Origin: Myxococcota bacterium
GTDB taxonomy: Bacteria; Myxococcota; XYA12-FULL-58-9; JASMKV01
DNA length: 52,753 nucleotides
Assembly: GCA_030749035.1 (NCBI GenBank)
Contig: JASMKV010000329.1
Coordinates: 1 to 52,753 of the forward strand
Reading direction: 5' to 3'
A model generated the notes under the pieces. The model did not search any database, was not told the origin of the DNA, and worked only from the letters and a program-made list of their open reading frames with translations. This document shows positions 9,209 to 20,110 of the stretch, one piece after another; the stretch's first letter is position 1, and the number at the start of each line of letters is the position of its first letter. The position numbers were made by a program, and so were the translations under genes.

Positions 9209-12200
9209 CTAGCTGGGCTCATACGCCAACTGCGGCTCCAACCAGCGTTCAACCTCTTCGATGCGCATTTTTCGCGCTTTCGCATAGGCTTCGACTTGAT
9301 CCAACGCAATAGGGCCAACGTTAAAATAGCGTGATTTTGGATGATTAAGATAAAATCCACTGACCGAGGCTGCTGGCCACATGGATGCATGCTCCGTAAG
9401 TCGAACATCAATCTTTTTTTCTGCTCCAAGAAGGTCAAAAAGCGTAAACTTCAAAGTATGATCTGGGCATGCTGGATAACCTGGTGCGGGACGAATACCC
9501 CGATAATCTTCGGCGATTAATTGCGCATGGTCTAAATTTTCATCGGCACCAAACCCACAATCGAGGCGTGCTTGTTTATGCGCATATTCAGCAAAAGCTT
9601 CTGCCAATCGGTCGGCCAACACTTTCGCCATAATCGCAGAAAAATCATCGTGTTTCTTTTCATGATGTGCCACAAAATCATCGAGTCCATGCCCTGTCGA
9701 AACGACAAAAGCGCCTAAATAATCTCTATACCCCGAATCTTTGGGGGCCACAAAATCAGCCAAAGAATAAAAGTGTTCGGAGCGACCAAACTTTTTCTGC
9801 TGACGCAGGCAATAAAATTGGTGACTCGATACAGAACGCTCCTCATTCGTGTACACGACAATTTCTTGTTCTGACGACGCTGCGGGAAAAAAACCATAAA
9901 CACCTCGAGGCTCCAAAACATCCTGCCTGATGATTGTCTCCAGTGCCTCCTGCCCCTGCGCATAAAGCTCCTTAGCCACTTTGCCCACATCTTCTTTTGA
10001 AAAAATCTTTGGATAAATGCCCTTGAGGCCCCAAGCATGAAAAAATGGCGTCCAGTCAATATATTCTCGCAATACGGTAAGATCCACTTTTTCAAATTGG
10101 CGCACACCCAAAACTTCCGGCTTGGCAAGCTCTTGCTCTTGCCAAGGCAAGTCAAATGCATTGGCGCACGCGAAATCATATGTCACCAACTCTTCAGAAC
10201 GCCGATTTGCAAATGTCTCACGCAAACGCTCTTGATCGTTCTCGACTTCCGCGATGAAGCTCCCCCGCATCTTTGTATTCTCTAAATTTGAAAGCACACC
10301 TGCTGCCTTAGATGCATCTTGCACATACACTGTGGTATGTGCATACGCTGGTGCAATCTTAACCGCCGTATGCTTCGCACTTGTCGTCGCTCCACCAATC
10401 AATAAAGGGACCTCAAAATTTAAACGCTGCATCTCTTTAGCCACATGAACCATTTCACCCAATGATGGCGTAATCAGGCCACTCAAGCCGATAACTTTCA
10501 CATTTTCATCACGCGCTGTCTTGAGTATTTGCTCACAAGGCACCATCACGCCCAAGTCAATAATTTCGTAGCCGTTACAGGATAAAACAACCTTCACAAT
10601 ATTTTTTCCGATGTCGTGCACATCGCCTTTGACTGTCGCTAAAAGGATTTTTGTCACAGCCTGAGTTGAATCTTTATCATCCTCCATAAAGGGCTCAAGA
10701 TAAGCCACAGCGCGCTTCATCACACGTGCACTTTTAACCACCTGGGGTAAAAACATTTTTCCTGCGCCAAAGAGGTCGCCGACAACATTCATTCCTGCCA
10801 TCAATGGTCCTTCAATGATATGCAAGGGCTTCTCATATTCTTGTCGCAGCTCTTCGACATCATCAACAATATAGTCATCAATGCCATGAACCAAGGCATG
10901 CTCTACCCTCTTCGTCACATCTTCCTGGCGCCATTCTTCCGTATTTGTCTCGTCAGTCTCACTGGCTACAACCGTTTGCGCTAAATCGACAAGACGTTCT
11001 GTCGCATCGGGCCGTCGGTCAAAAATAACATCTTCAATATGCTCCTTTAAAGTCGAATCAATATCATCATAAAGGGCAAGATGGCCGGCGTTGACAATCG
11101 CCAAGTCCAACCCGGCCTGGCAAGCGTAGAATAAAAACACTGAATTCATGGCTTTACGTACTTCTTCATTACCTCGAAATGAAAAAGAAAGATTAGACAC
11201 ACCACCAATAATTTTTGCTTCAGGAAAACGCTGACTTAATTCTGCGCATGCATCAATAAAATATTTGCCATAAGCATTATGCTCTTCGATGCCAGTCGCC
11301 ACAGTCAACACATTAGGATCAAAGAGAATATCGCGACTCAAATATCCGGCTTGACAAATCAAAAGGTCATGCGCACGACTCAAAATAGAAACTTTTTCAT
11401 CGCTCGATGTGGCCTGTCCTTTCTCATCGAATGCCATCACAACAACAGCCGCACCATAGCTTTTAATAAGGCGTGCACGGCGCAAAAATTCCTCTTCACC
11501 ATCTTTCAAACTAATAGAATTAACAATACCTTTACCCTGCAAACACTTTAAGCCCTGCTCCAGGACGTTAAAATCACTCGAATCCAACATGATGGGCAAA
11601 CGGGAAATCTCTGGCTCCATCGCCACAAGATTTAAAAAGCGACGCATGGCCTGCACTGAATCGACGAGACCTTCATCCATATTAATGTCAAGAATGTTTG
11701 CACCACCACGCACCTGCTCCAACGCCACACTTAAAGCTTCTTGATAATTTTCTGTACGAATCAGTCGGGCAAATTTTCGTGATCCCGTCACATTGGTGCG
11801 TTCACCGACAACAATCAGGTTGGCCTCGGGGCTTATCGTCAGGCTTTCCAAACCGCTATAGACACTTGCTGTCTTGGGCTGGACAATGTCGCGTGGGGAA
11901 ATTGACTTCACCGCACCTGCAATCGCTTCTATATGCGCAGGCGTTGTACCACAGCAGCCCCCAACAAGATTCAAATGCCCACATTGCGCAAAGTCTTTCA
12001 AGACGCTTGCCATCTGTTCTGGTGTTTCATCGTATTCACCAAAAGCATTAGGTAATCCCGCATTAGGCACACAACCCGTTGCAATTGGTGCATTCTGAGC
12101 CAATACCTCAAGATAAGGTCGCATGGCCTCAGGGCCTAAAGCGCAATTAAGGCCCACACCCAACAATGGATAAGGACTCACCGACGTCCAAAACGCCTCC

Positions 12201-12883
12201 ATGGTTTGCCCCGATAAAGTCCGACCACTCGCATCCGTAATCGTGACCGACAACATCACAGGGACCTGCTCTTGTGAATTTCTCTGTACTTCTTCTATCG
12301 CTGCTAAGGCCGCCTTCGCGTTAAGTGTGTCAAAAATGGTTTCCACGAGAAGAATATCGACACCACCATCAATTAACCCTTTAACTTGATCAGTGTATGC
12401 GCTTTTGAGCGCATCGAAAGTTAAAGCCCGGTATTCAGGCTCCTCAACCTTGGGTGACATCGATAGTGTTATATTGGTGGGTCCAATAGAACCCGCAACC
12501 CAGCAATGCCCCTTACCAAGCTCTTTGGCCACTTCATCAGTCGCTTCTCTGGCCACCTTTGCTGCCGCAACATTGATATCATAAGCCGCATCCACCAAAT
12601 GGTAATCCCCAAGAGAAACACCATTGGCATTAAATGTATTCGTCTCAATGATATCGGCGCCTGCTCTTAAATAAGCTTGATGAATTTCTTTAAGAGCCTC
12701 AGGCTGTGTCATCGACAAGAGGTCATGACAACCCGCCACCGCCTGGGGGTGATCTGTGAAATGCTCGCCCCGATACTCTTCTTCACTAAAATTCTTTGCC
12801 TGAAGCATTGTGCCCATAGCACCATCAAGAACGAGGATACGATCAGCCAAAGCTTCCTTGAGTGCTATGTAACGGGAAATCAT
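9209..12883 (-). CDS. metH: Cobalamin-dependent methionine synthase
   Basis: [14 protein letters not shown] and GGCCGT (Zn), GERTNVTGS pterin domain, [12 protein letters not shown]12-binding motif, C-terminal activation domain ([12 protein letters not shown]); 1224 aa. Confidence 0.98.
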   Translation of the reverse strand: MISRYIALKEALADRILVLDGAMGTMLQAKNFSEEEYRGEHFTDHPQAVAGCHDLLSMTQPEALKEIHQAYLRAGADIIETNTFNANGVSLGDYHLVDAAYDINVAAAKVAREATDEVAKELGKGHCWVAGSIGPTNITLSMSPKVEEPEYRALTFDALKSAYTDQVKGLIDGGVDILLVETIFDTLNAKAALAAIEEVQRNSQEQVPVMLSVTITDASGRTLSGQTMEAFWTSVSPYPLLGVGLNCALGPEAMRPYLEVLAQNAPIATGCVPNAGLPNAFGEYDETPEQMASVLKDFAQCGHLNLVGGCCGTTPAHIEAIAGAVKSISPRDIVQPKTASVYSGLESLTISPEANLIVVGERTNVTGSRKFARLIRTENYQEALSVALEQVRGGANILDINMDEGLVDSVQAMRRFLNLVAMEPEISRLPIMLDSSDFNVLEQGLKCLQGKGIVNSISLKDGEEEFLRRARLIKSYGAAVVVMAFDEKGQATSSDEKVSILSRAHDLLICQAGYLSRDILFDPNVLTVATGIEEHNAYGKYFIDACAELSQRFPEAKIIGGVSNLSFSFRGNEEVRKAMNSVFLFYACQAGLDLAIVNAGHLALYDDIDSTLKEHIEDVIFDRRPDATERLVDLAQTVVASETDETNTEEWRQEDVTKRVEHALVHGIDDYIVDDVEELRQEYEKPLHIIEGPLMAGMNVVGDLFGAGKMFLPQVVKSARVMKRAVAYLEPFMEDDKDSTQAVTKILLATVKGDVHDIGKNIVKVVLSCNGYEIIDLGVMVPCEQILKTARDENVKVIGLSGLITPSLGEMVHVAKEMQRLNFEVPLLIGGATTSAKHTAVKIAPAYAHTTVYVQDASKAAGVLSNLENTKMRGSFIAEVENDQERLRETFANRRSEELVTYDFACANAFDLPWQEQELAKPEVLGVRQFEKVDLTVLREYIDWTPFFHAWGLKGIYPKIFSKEDVGKVAKELYAQGQEALETIIRQDVLEPRGVYGFFPAASSEQEIVVYTNEERSVSSHQFYCLRQQKKFGRSEHFYSLADFVAPKDSGYRDYLGAFVVSTGHGLDDFVAHHEKKHDDFSAIMAKVLADRLAEAFAEYAHKQARLDCGFGADENLDHAQLIAEDYRGIRPAPGYPACPDHTLKFTLFDLLGAEKKIDVRLTEHASMWPAASVSGFYLNHPKSRYFNVGPIALDQVEAYAKARKMRIEEVERWLEPQLAYEPS

Positions 12884-12955
12884 CGGTATGTTTTTCTATA
12901 GGCCAAGAGCTCAAAACTAAAGTCTATGCCCATGCCGAACGCAAAGAGAGCAAGC

Positions 12956-13687
12956 CTAGAAAGTGTAGCGCAAAGTAAAGGCTGCTCCAAGTGCTGGGAT
13001 ATTGGGGCCAATGACATAATAACCCGTCAATGACATACCGGCGGTAAAGTCCGTCAGCAAAGTCAAATATTTCAGATCTAATCCACCTGAAACATGTGGC
13101 GCCATCGCCGGAAGATCCGCATTTTGATCTGCCGGATCGGTTAATGCTGGGTTCATCGAGGTCAATCCGCCACCCACCTTGGGCTCCAAGGCGAAACGTT
13201 GACCGGGCCGCAGGGCTGCAACCAATTGCACGCCAATATTAAAGAGACCATAGTTTTGCTTGCCTGTTGCATAAATAGGCTGATTGTTCTCTGAAATCGC
13301 ATTTCCAGAAGCGTACCCCGTCGACATACTACCTTGCACACTAATATAGTCGTTCAAATCAACCCCTGCATTTAAGCCCAAGTAAGGCTGCACATTAGAC
13401 ATCCCACTGGCACCTGCAAAGGTCAGAAACACACCCATATCTGTGGAGAGATAATAACCGCGTTGCAATTCAAAGACGGCCAAGCGATCCTCCTCACCAA
13501 TCTCTGGTAATTCTTCATCGCCTTGAGCCTCACCTGTATCGCCATCAAGCTCTGCTTCATAATCATCAAGTCCCTCTAAGAGGTCTTCGTCTTCGGCCGC
13601 TTCCTCTGCCCATGAGACCGCCGGTACCGCAAAAGTAACCAAACACGTCACACTAAACAGAACAAATAGATTCTTCAACCACAACAT
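12956..13687 (-). CDS. gltH: GltH/CglE-like outer-membrane beta-barrel protein
   Basis: Signal peptide, acidic linker, amphipathic strands and C-terminal LRYTF beta-signal. Lies directly downstream of gltG, as in the myxobacterial glt/nfs clusters. Confidence 0.7.
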   Translation of the reverse strand: MLWLKNLFVLFSVTCLVTFAVPAVSWAEEAAEDEDLLEGLDDYEAELDGDTGEAQGDEELPEIGEEDRLAVFELQRGYYLSTDMGVFLTFAGASGMSNVQPYLGLNAGVDLNDYISVQGSMSTGYASGNAISENNQPIYATGKQNYGLFNIGVQLVAALRPGQRFALEPKVGGGLTSMNPALTDPADQNADLPAMAPHVSGGLDLKYLTLLTDFTAGMSLTGYYVIGPNIPALGAAFTLRYTF

Positions 13688-13692
13688 TAATC

Positions 13693-15249
13693 TTAGCCCC
13701 CTGATTTGAATATCCACGGATAGGTCACATCAACCGTGCCCCCACCTGAGCATGGTGGGAATTTAAGTCTCTTGATCACTTTAAGAATACAATTCTCAAC
13801 ATTTGCATCCCCCATTGTGGATTCACCAATTTTCGATGAGATGACGGAGCCAGTAGGGCCAATAACGAATTGACAAGCAATCTTACCTTCAAGGTTTGGA
13901 TTTCTTGGCAATTCTTTTTCGTAACAATAACGTATTTGATTGTTTACGCGCCCAATAACCCGTCCAACAACAGCTCTGGATAAGCAACCTTTGGTGATTG
14001 TTCGCCCAGGAATGACAGCATATTTACCTTTACCACGACCACCCAAATCGATGTCGCCCATGCCACCGGTACCACGTCCAGTACCGCTGCCCAAGCCACC
14101 AATACCTAAACTGTTACCACCGCCACCTGGACCTGTACCACGTGAGCCCAGACCACCGGCACCACCGGCATCGCCCATCGCCGTACCACGTAAACCACCG
14201 AGGGCATTATTGATGCCTGTCCCTAAGCCACCTGGACCAAAAATATTGGAGGCTGCACCGCCTTCACCACCCTTAAGGGCGGCAAAAATTCCTGAATCCA
14301 TAGCGATCTTACGATCCTTTTCACGTTTGTTTGGATCAACCTTGGGTGCTCCGGCAGTACTCGCCAATGCATCTTGTTTATTCTCTTCAGGCTTACCAAA
14401 CTTACCCTCATCGTCCTTATGCTTAGCGCCACCTTTAGAACCGGAAAGTTCAAACTTTTTCTTCGGTTCTGGTGCTTTTTCTGGCTCCTTCAATATCAAT
14501 TTTGCAAATCGGTTCGGATTCTTGAACAAGTCCTCTTCCAAATCGCTGGGATCGATTGGTGTTAAAAGCAATGCCAAAAGGACAAACAAATGCCCGACAA
14601 AGGAAAGGCTTAAAACTTTTGTAAAATATAAATCAAGCGTCTTCATCAACGCGGCACGAGGAAAACGTGCTGGCGCAACATATTGTAAGACAAAGGTAAG
14701 TTGATCTATCTGGATAGCCACACGGTCGTTAAGCCCAACCCTATAGCTGAATTCTTTGTAGATCTTGCCATCAAGGCCTTCCTTCTGCTCACTCGTGACT
14801 TGTTTCGCGTCAACCAGCGCATCACCGGTGGTGATTTCGCCATCCTCGGCACGCACTTCCATGCTCATGGCATCAGACCACTTGACCACAAAGCTATCAT
14901 CCCTGACGTCAAGCAGAGAAAAATGCTCTAACGGCAAGCTCTCTGCCGCAATACGGAAATCATTCTTCTTGCCATCACCGACAGTAATGATTCGAGGCTC
15001 AATATAATGCCCCACGCTCATGACCGCCTCATGCCACAAAAGCACGACTTCGAGGGCCTTTTTATCGGCACTTGGTCTATCTTCGTCAGGCAAATGGTCC
15101 TTAAATATAAAGGTCGGTATGCCCGAAGCATCACGCTCCAAATCAGGCAAATCCATCTTTATGGGGCCATGCGACTCAACGCCCCCGTCATCACCCGATC
15201 GACGTGCAAAATCCTTTGCTTCCGATGTATTTTTCTTTTCCTCACTCAT
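13693..15249 (-). CDS. gltG: GltG/PglI-like TonB/TolA-type inner-membrane energy transducer
   Basis: Single TM with S-x3-H motif (LSFVGHLF), Gly-rich linker (GGAGGLGSRGTGPGGGG) and AgmX/PglI C-terminal domain (QIRYCYEKEL..NPNLEGK...VENCI...FP...VTYPWIF). GAAGGA RBS before ATG 15249. Confidence 0.88.
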   Translation of the reverse strand: MSEEKKNTSEAKDFARRSGDDGGVESHGPIKMDLPDLERDASGIPTFIFKDHLPDEDRPSADKKALEVVLLWHEAVMSVGHYIEPRIITVGDGKKNDFRIAAESLPLEHFSLLDVRDDSFVVKWSDAMSMEVRAEDGEITTGDALVDAKQVTSEQKEGLDGKIYKEFSYRVGLNDRVAIQIDQLTFVLQYVAPARFPRAALMKTLDLYFTKVLSLSFVGHLFVLLALLLTPIDPSDLEEDLFKNPNRFAKLILKEPEKAPEPKKKFELSGSKGGAKHKDDEGKFGKPEENKQDALASTAGAPKVDPNKREKDRKIAMDSGIFAALKGGEGGAASNIFGPGGLGTGINNALGGLRGTAMGDAGGAGGLGSRGTGPGGGGNSLGIGGLGSGTGRGTGGMGDIDLGGRGKGKYAVIPGRTITKGCLSRAVVGRVIGRVNNQIRYCYEKELPRNPNLEGKIACQFVIGPTGSVISSKIGESTMGDANVENCILKVIKRLKFPPCSGGGTVDVTYPWIFKSGG

Positions 15250-15293
15250 CTTTTTATCCTTCAAATGCAATCATTAGGCTATGCGGTTCTTGT

Positions 15294-15542
15294 TTAGAGA
15301 TGATCCGGAGTGGACAAAAGCTCCGGCACAAAATTCTCTCGTAACTTAATCAAAGAAGAAAAACGACTTACCTTGCGGTTCACGATGTAGGAGCCTTCCG
15401 GCTTGGTCAACTCCCCCTCAATCAAAGCTTCGGAAAAATCAATCACCGTGCGTTTTTTGTACTTCACATCATCACCGGCCAAGCCGACAGCACCATACAA
15501 AAACAAGCTTAAAAAGGCCAAATATTTTAATGCTTTCATCAT
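15294..15542 (-). CDS. gltF: GltF/CglF small periplasmic gliding protein
   Basis: Signal peptide, then KKRTVIDFSEALIEGELTKPEGSY...FSSLIKLRENF, the characteristic CglF sequence. AAGGAG RBS; position between gltE and gltG. Confidence 0.92.
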   Translation of the reverse strand: MMKALKYLAFLSLFLYGAVGLAGDDVKYKKRTVIDFSEALIEGELTKPEGSYIVNRKVSRFSSLIKLRENFVPELLSTPDHL

Positions 15543-15552
15543 CACTCCTTCT

Positions 15553-16830
15553 TTAACTCCAACGCGTTTCAGTGTTCAACAATAATATCGAGCTTGCAGC
15601 ATCATCGGGCTTTACCGTTTCAACATTGCCCTCGGACGGCCCCGCATCAAGAGCTTGGCCCTCGTTTTCGCCACCCTCTTGCGGCGCACCTTCATCCTGA
15701 GGCAATTCGACGGGCCCTGCTTCCTCTTCAGCCTGCATCGCCCTTATCGCATCAATTAAACCATGGACGTGATGATCTTTCGCCAGGTTTTGCTTGGACT
15801 TCTGATAGGCCTCAAAATTTTCCAAGGCGCACTTATTGTCTCTTAACTGCGCCATACAGATGTTGCCCATCGCAAAGAGGAGTTCTTTCTCTGCAGGACA
15901 CAGCGCATAAGCTCTACCAAACTGCGCCAGTGCGTCCTTGCCTTTCTGCATACCTTCCAAAGCATAGCCAAGTGCACTGCTCGTATCACAAGTAAGAACA
16001 CCGGACTTAATGGCCTTATCGTAACTTGCCGCCGCACGCCCATAATCACGCCAGCGTAAAGCAATGGCGCCTATATTCGCATGCGCGACCGCATTATCGG
16101 GTGCAAGCTTTAAGCCCTGTTCAAACTCAAAAAGGGCACGTTGCTCATTGCCTCGTCTGGCCTGCATAAGACCTAAGTTGACAAAAATGGATGCATCCTT
16201 CTCATTAAGCTTTAACGCGTTACGCAAAAATGTCTCAGCCAAAGTCAACTTGCCCATGTCCGCATAAGTCAAACCAATGGACTTTGTCGCTTCGGCATTC
16301 GTCTGGTCCTTCATCAGAACTTTCCGCGCCGTATTGATGGCTTCGATAAATTTCTTATCTAAGCGCAAAATGACTGCATAAGTATTAAGCACATCGATAT
16401 CATCAGGATGCGCTTTTAACACTGGATGCAAAACTTTTGACGCATCCCCCACGCGCCCCAAAGCCACATAAACCCGCGCCAAATTTAATGCTGAAGCAAT
16501 ATTTTCTGGTTGAGCCTTTGCCGCAGCCTCAAACAACGCTGCTGCCTCTTTCATCTCGCCATGTCTCTCCAAAGAAATGGCATGGTTCACTTTGGCTGAA
16601 ATAAGTCCTGCATCAAGGGCATACGATTTTGCAAAATATTTTGCCGCCAACGGCCAATTTGCCTCGCGCCCCGCTTTTAAGCCTTCTACAAATTTACCTT
16701 CCGCAGGAGTCTTTGCCTCCGGCAGTGGTTCAAATTTATTCTGTGTTCCGGCACACCCCCACAACATGAGAGCCAAAAACAAGCTGGCCAGTTGACCACT
16801 TTGTCGAACGATGATGTTGCTCTTTTTCAT
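15553..16830 (-). CDS. gltE: GltE/AglT-like TPR lipoprotein
   Basis: Lipobox LWGC, tandem TPRs, acidic tail; TAATG overlap with gltD; position between gltD and gltF. Confidence 0.78.
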   Translation of the reverse strand: MKKSNIIVRQSGQLASLFLALMLWGCAGTQNKFEPLPEAKTPAEGKFVEGLKAGREANWPLAAKYFAKSYALDAGLISAKVNHAISLERHGEMKEAAALFEAAAKAQPENIASALNLARVYVALGRVGDASKVLHPVLKAHPDDIDVLNTYAVILRLDKKFIEAINTARKVLMKDQTNAEATKSIGLTYADMGKLTLAETFLRNALKLNEKDASIFVNLGLMQARRGNEQRALFEFEQGLKLAPDNAVAHANIGAIALRWRDYGRAAASYDKAIKSGVLTCDTSSALGYALEGMQKGKDALAQFGRAYALCPAEKELLFAMGNICMAQLRDNKCALENFEAYQKSKQNLAKDHHVHGLIDAIRAMQAEEEAGPVELPQDEGAPQEGGENEGQALDAGPSEGNVETVKPDDAASSILLLNTETRWS

Positions 16831-19800
16831 TATCGCATCTCCACCAATTCCGGTGAGGCAAAAAGCGACTCATCGGCTATAAGTTCATATTTATGAATCG
16901 CGGGAAAGCGCCCCGGCTCATACACCGCCAAAGCCTCCTGCGTTTTCTGCAACCAATCGTTATAAAGCCCCAGGTCGTATGCCTTCGTCAGCGCATTATC
17001 ATAGGCTTCGATGGCTTTTTCTTCCAAAGGAAAGCCTTTTTCCTGCAATGCAGCTTGGTAAATAATACATTGGTCTTCAGTCAAGCGTGACGGACAAGGC
17101 GCTTCAAACAATTCGTTGGCCAAGTTCTGATAGACCCGCCCAATACGGTAAAGTGATGCGATACCATAATCACCCTGACCCAACTGTAAGACCTGAGTGT
17201 AATGACCTTGCAACTCCTCAACTTTTTTCAGTTTTTCCACAAGATTCTTTGTGATCTGCTTTTCACTGCCCGTCAAAGTAAGCGCCATATAAGTCTCATA
17301 CTCAGCCTGCAAAAGCTCAAATGATGCATGCCCAACCGCATCTAAAGCACAGGCATCGGTCTTCTTATCATCAGGGAGCGCCTTATAAACCTTCACCAGA
17401 TTTGTCCAAGTGCCTGAATCCGCACGCTGCAGCTGCACCTTCGCCTCCGCAATCTTATATTCCGCACACATAAAACGCCCTGGATCGGACTTTTTGACTT
17501 TGGCCTTATAAATCTCGTAATGCTTAATCACCACGCTATAGTTTTTTTGCTTCTCGTGAATCAAACCAATACGCCAAACGATGTCTAAGACATCCTTTTT
17601 ACTCGGGAACTCACGCACGTAGGCATCAAAATCCAAAATCGCTTCAGTGTACTGCCCGAGACCTTCACGGAAAAGCCCCGCATTGAAAAGTGCATCTGCT
17701 TTTTTAGGGCCTTTCTTGAACTGCTTGGCATAAGCCTCATAATACTTCGCCGCACGCTCAAATTCCGCCAAGCGTTCATAAAAAGAAGCCGCCAAAAACA
17801 AAGTCTTCTCACGCAAGAGATCTGGCTCTGGCAAAGATGTGCCTTCTTTTTTGGTTTTCTTAATCTCGGCTGCGCTGATTTTGAAAGACGAGTACTCATT
17901 CAAAAGCTTTTCACTGGTGTCGATAGCTCTTTGCAGCAACCCTGCCTTGTCGTAATTGATCAGCGCATTAAACAAGCCGACCATCGCATATTTACTCTTA
18001 GGAAACTCAGTGGAAAAACCGTTATAATAGTTTGCAATTTCCTTAGGAGAAGCTTTAGGCTCGAACACGAAATGGATTTCATTAAATGAAGCCCCTTCGA
18101 CCAACTCGTCAACCTTTTTCTTGAAAGCCTTATTGGCAATTAAAATCTTGTGGTCCCTAAATTTACGAGACCATTGATTCAACTGCGACCAGTCCTCACG
18201 CACATTAAACGACTGCAAAATGGACTCTGCGCCCAAGCGCGCCAACTTATCATTTGGCCAGCGGTCAATGACCTCGCCAAAACGCTCAGCGGCTTTTTCA
18301 AATTGATTGTGGATGTAGTAGAGCCGTGCACTCTTAAACTTCACCTTAACCACTTCGGCATCCTTCGGTGCAACCTCGACAAAACGGTCATAGGCTTCAG
18401 CCAAACGCAATTCATTGGCGTCTAAAGTCTTTTCGGCGTAACTTTCGCCTTTTTTGAGAACCTTTAATTTCTCAAGCTCTTTGAGCGCACCTTTCGAGCG
18501 CCCTTTCTTCGATTCTCTAATCTTTTTACCAAGTGTTTCTTTGACACCACTGACAACTTTTTCCAAAGCCAAAACGGCAGTATAAGCTGAAGGAGTCGCA
18601 AACTCTCCTTTCTTATTCGCATTGATGACTGCGGTGTACTGAATCGCCGCTTCATCAAATTGCTTTAACTCAAAAAGAATTTCCGAATAGAAGAATCGGA
18701 ATTTATAACTGTTCACCGTTTCTCTAAACTTATCGAGATACTCCTTATAAATATCCCGAGCTAACTTATACGTTGCAACATCTTTTGTGCGCTGCGCATC
18801 ACGATGCTGTTCGGTCACCAAAGAAGCCAATTCCTGCTCAACAACCTCAAAGGCCGACTCCAAAATCCGCGCATTTCCAGAATTTTTCTGCGCCCAAATA
18901 CCGTTTGGCGAATAGAGGTCAATAAGACGTCGCACTTCACGACGCACATCTTCGGTCCTGCCGAGACGGGCATATGCGGCCATAATGGATGTCTGATTCT
19001 GAGGCGCTTCCCCCGCATAGGGCGCTTTATTATTCAATCTTTGAAATGTTTGAATCTCAAGAGCCGACTTACCTTCACGATTATAAAGTCCAGCTAAACG
19101 ATGCAGATATTTATAAGCACGCTTATCACCGACTTCTTCCTCATAAAAAGTAAATGCCTCTTCAACCGCATCTAAATGCGAATAAGTACGCACCATATCT
19201 GAAAGAGATTCACTCATCAGTTGGATACGATCACGCTTACCTAATTTACTCTTACCCTTCGCAGGACTTTGCTTCTTCGCATACGCTATGACTTGTCTAA
19301 ATTTTTCAAGAGCCTTCCCGTATTCCTGCAGGTTGTAATCACACCACGCCAGTTTATAGAGCGCAAACGAATAGATACGTGCTTTTTTGGTCTTAGCTGC
19401 TTTTTTATAAGCTTTAATCGCATTACTTAACTTATTCGCGTTAAAGAAATGCTCCCCCAGCTGCAACCATGCATCCGGCACATACACAGAGCGGGGAAAT
19501 TGCTTAATCAATTTCCAATAATATCTCACACCCTTCTTCTTTTGTCCCGCTTCATAATGGGCTGTACCCAGTGTATAGAGGACTTCGTCTTTTCTCGGAT
19601 ATGTACGATATTTTTTAAGGATCTTACCATAAAGCTTTAATGCTTCGCGACGATACAAACCGCTTTGCTTAAGCTCTGGCATGTCTTCAAACTTTGGCTG
19701 ACGGCCTTTCGAACCACGTTTATGCCATGCATCCAACGCCTCGTCCCATTCCTGCATGCCACGTAAATGCAGAAATTTACTTTTTGCCCAATACATTTCA

Positions 19801-20081
19801 GCCAATCGAAAAATTAACTCCGCTTTTTGCCCACCTTCAGGAATGGTGCCCATGAGTTTTTTTAGCTTGGCGATAGCTTCGTCACGCTTTCTGTCCGCCC
19901 TGACACTCATATCCACACCATCGCTCGAGCTAAGGTCAAATTGTGCCGGTGCCGAACGTTCTTCACGTGCATTTGCTCCCGGTTCCCCGCCACCCTTCGT
20001 CATCTTGGAGGCCTGCGCATACAAAGGCAGACTTAAGAGCATCGAAGTCAGGATTGCTTTACATGTCAATTGATTTACCAT
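16830..20081 (-). CDS. gltD: GltD/AgmU-like large periplasmic TPR protein
   Basis: Signal peptide; ELIFRLAEMYW, FALYKLAWCDYN, KFRFFYSEILF and C-terminal APCPSRLTEDQ..IY..AL...PLEEKAIEAY pattern of AgmU/NfsD; 1083 aa. Confidence 0.85.
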   Translation of the reverse strand: MVNQLTCKAILTSMLLSLPLYAQASKMTKGGGEPGANAREERSAPAQFDLSSSDGVDMSVRADRKRDEAIAKLKKLMGTIPEGGQKAELIFRLAEMYWAKSKFLHLRGMQEWDEALDAWHKRGSKGRQPKFEDMPELKQSGLYRREALKLYGKILKKYRTYPRKDEVLYTLGTAHYEAGQKKKGVRYYWKLIKQFPRSVYVPDAWLQLGEHFFNANKLSNAIKAYKKAAKTKKARIYSFALYKLAWCDYNLQEYGKALEKFRQVIAYAKKQSPAKGKSKLGKRDRIQLMSESLSDMVRTYSHLDAVEEAFTFYEEEVGDKRAYKYLHRLAGLYNREGKSALEIQTFQRLNNKAPYAGEAPQNQTSIMAAYARLGRTEDVRREVRRLIDLYSPNGIWAQKNSGNARILESAFEVVEQELASLVTEQHRDAQRTKDVATYKLARDIYKEYLDKFRETVNSYKFRFFYSEILFELKQFDEAAIQYTAVINANKKGEFATPSAYTAVLALEKVVSGVKETLGKKIRESKKGRSKGALKELEKLKVLKKGESYAEKTLDANELRLAEAYDRFVEVAPKDAEVVKVKFKSARLYYIHNQFEKAAERFGEVIDRWPNDKLARLGAESILQSFNVREDWSQLNQWSRKFRDHKILIANKAFKKKVDELVEGASFNEIHFVFEPKASPKEIANYYNGFSTEFPKSKYAMVGLFNALINYDKAGLLQRAIDTSEKLLNEYSSFKISAAEIKKTKKEGTSLPEPDLLREKTLFLAASFYERLAEFERAAKYYEAYAKQFKKGPKKADALFNAGLFREGLGQYTEAILDFDAYVREFPSKKDVLDIVWRIGLIHEKQKNYSVVIKHYEIYKAKVKKSDPGRFMCAEYKIAEAKVQLQRADSGTWTNLVKVYKALPDDKKTDACALDAVGHASFELLQAEYETYMALTLTGSEKQITKNLVEKLKKVEELQGHYTQVLQLGQGDYGIASLYRIGRVYQNLANELFEAPCPSRLTEDQCIIYQAALQEKGFPLEEKAIEAYDNALTKAYDLGLYNDWLQKTQEALAVYEPGRFPAIHKYELIADESLFASPELVEMR

Positions 20082-20110
20082 CTTGTCCTTTTCCTAACTT
20101 AAGAGAGCAC

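Noticed and set aside
13940-14704. 254-aa Pro-rich ORF on the + strand
   Set aside because: Antisense shadow of the Gly-rich gltG linker (reverse complements of Gly codons are C-rich); no independent features.
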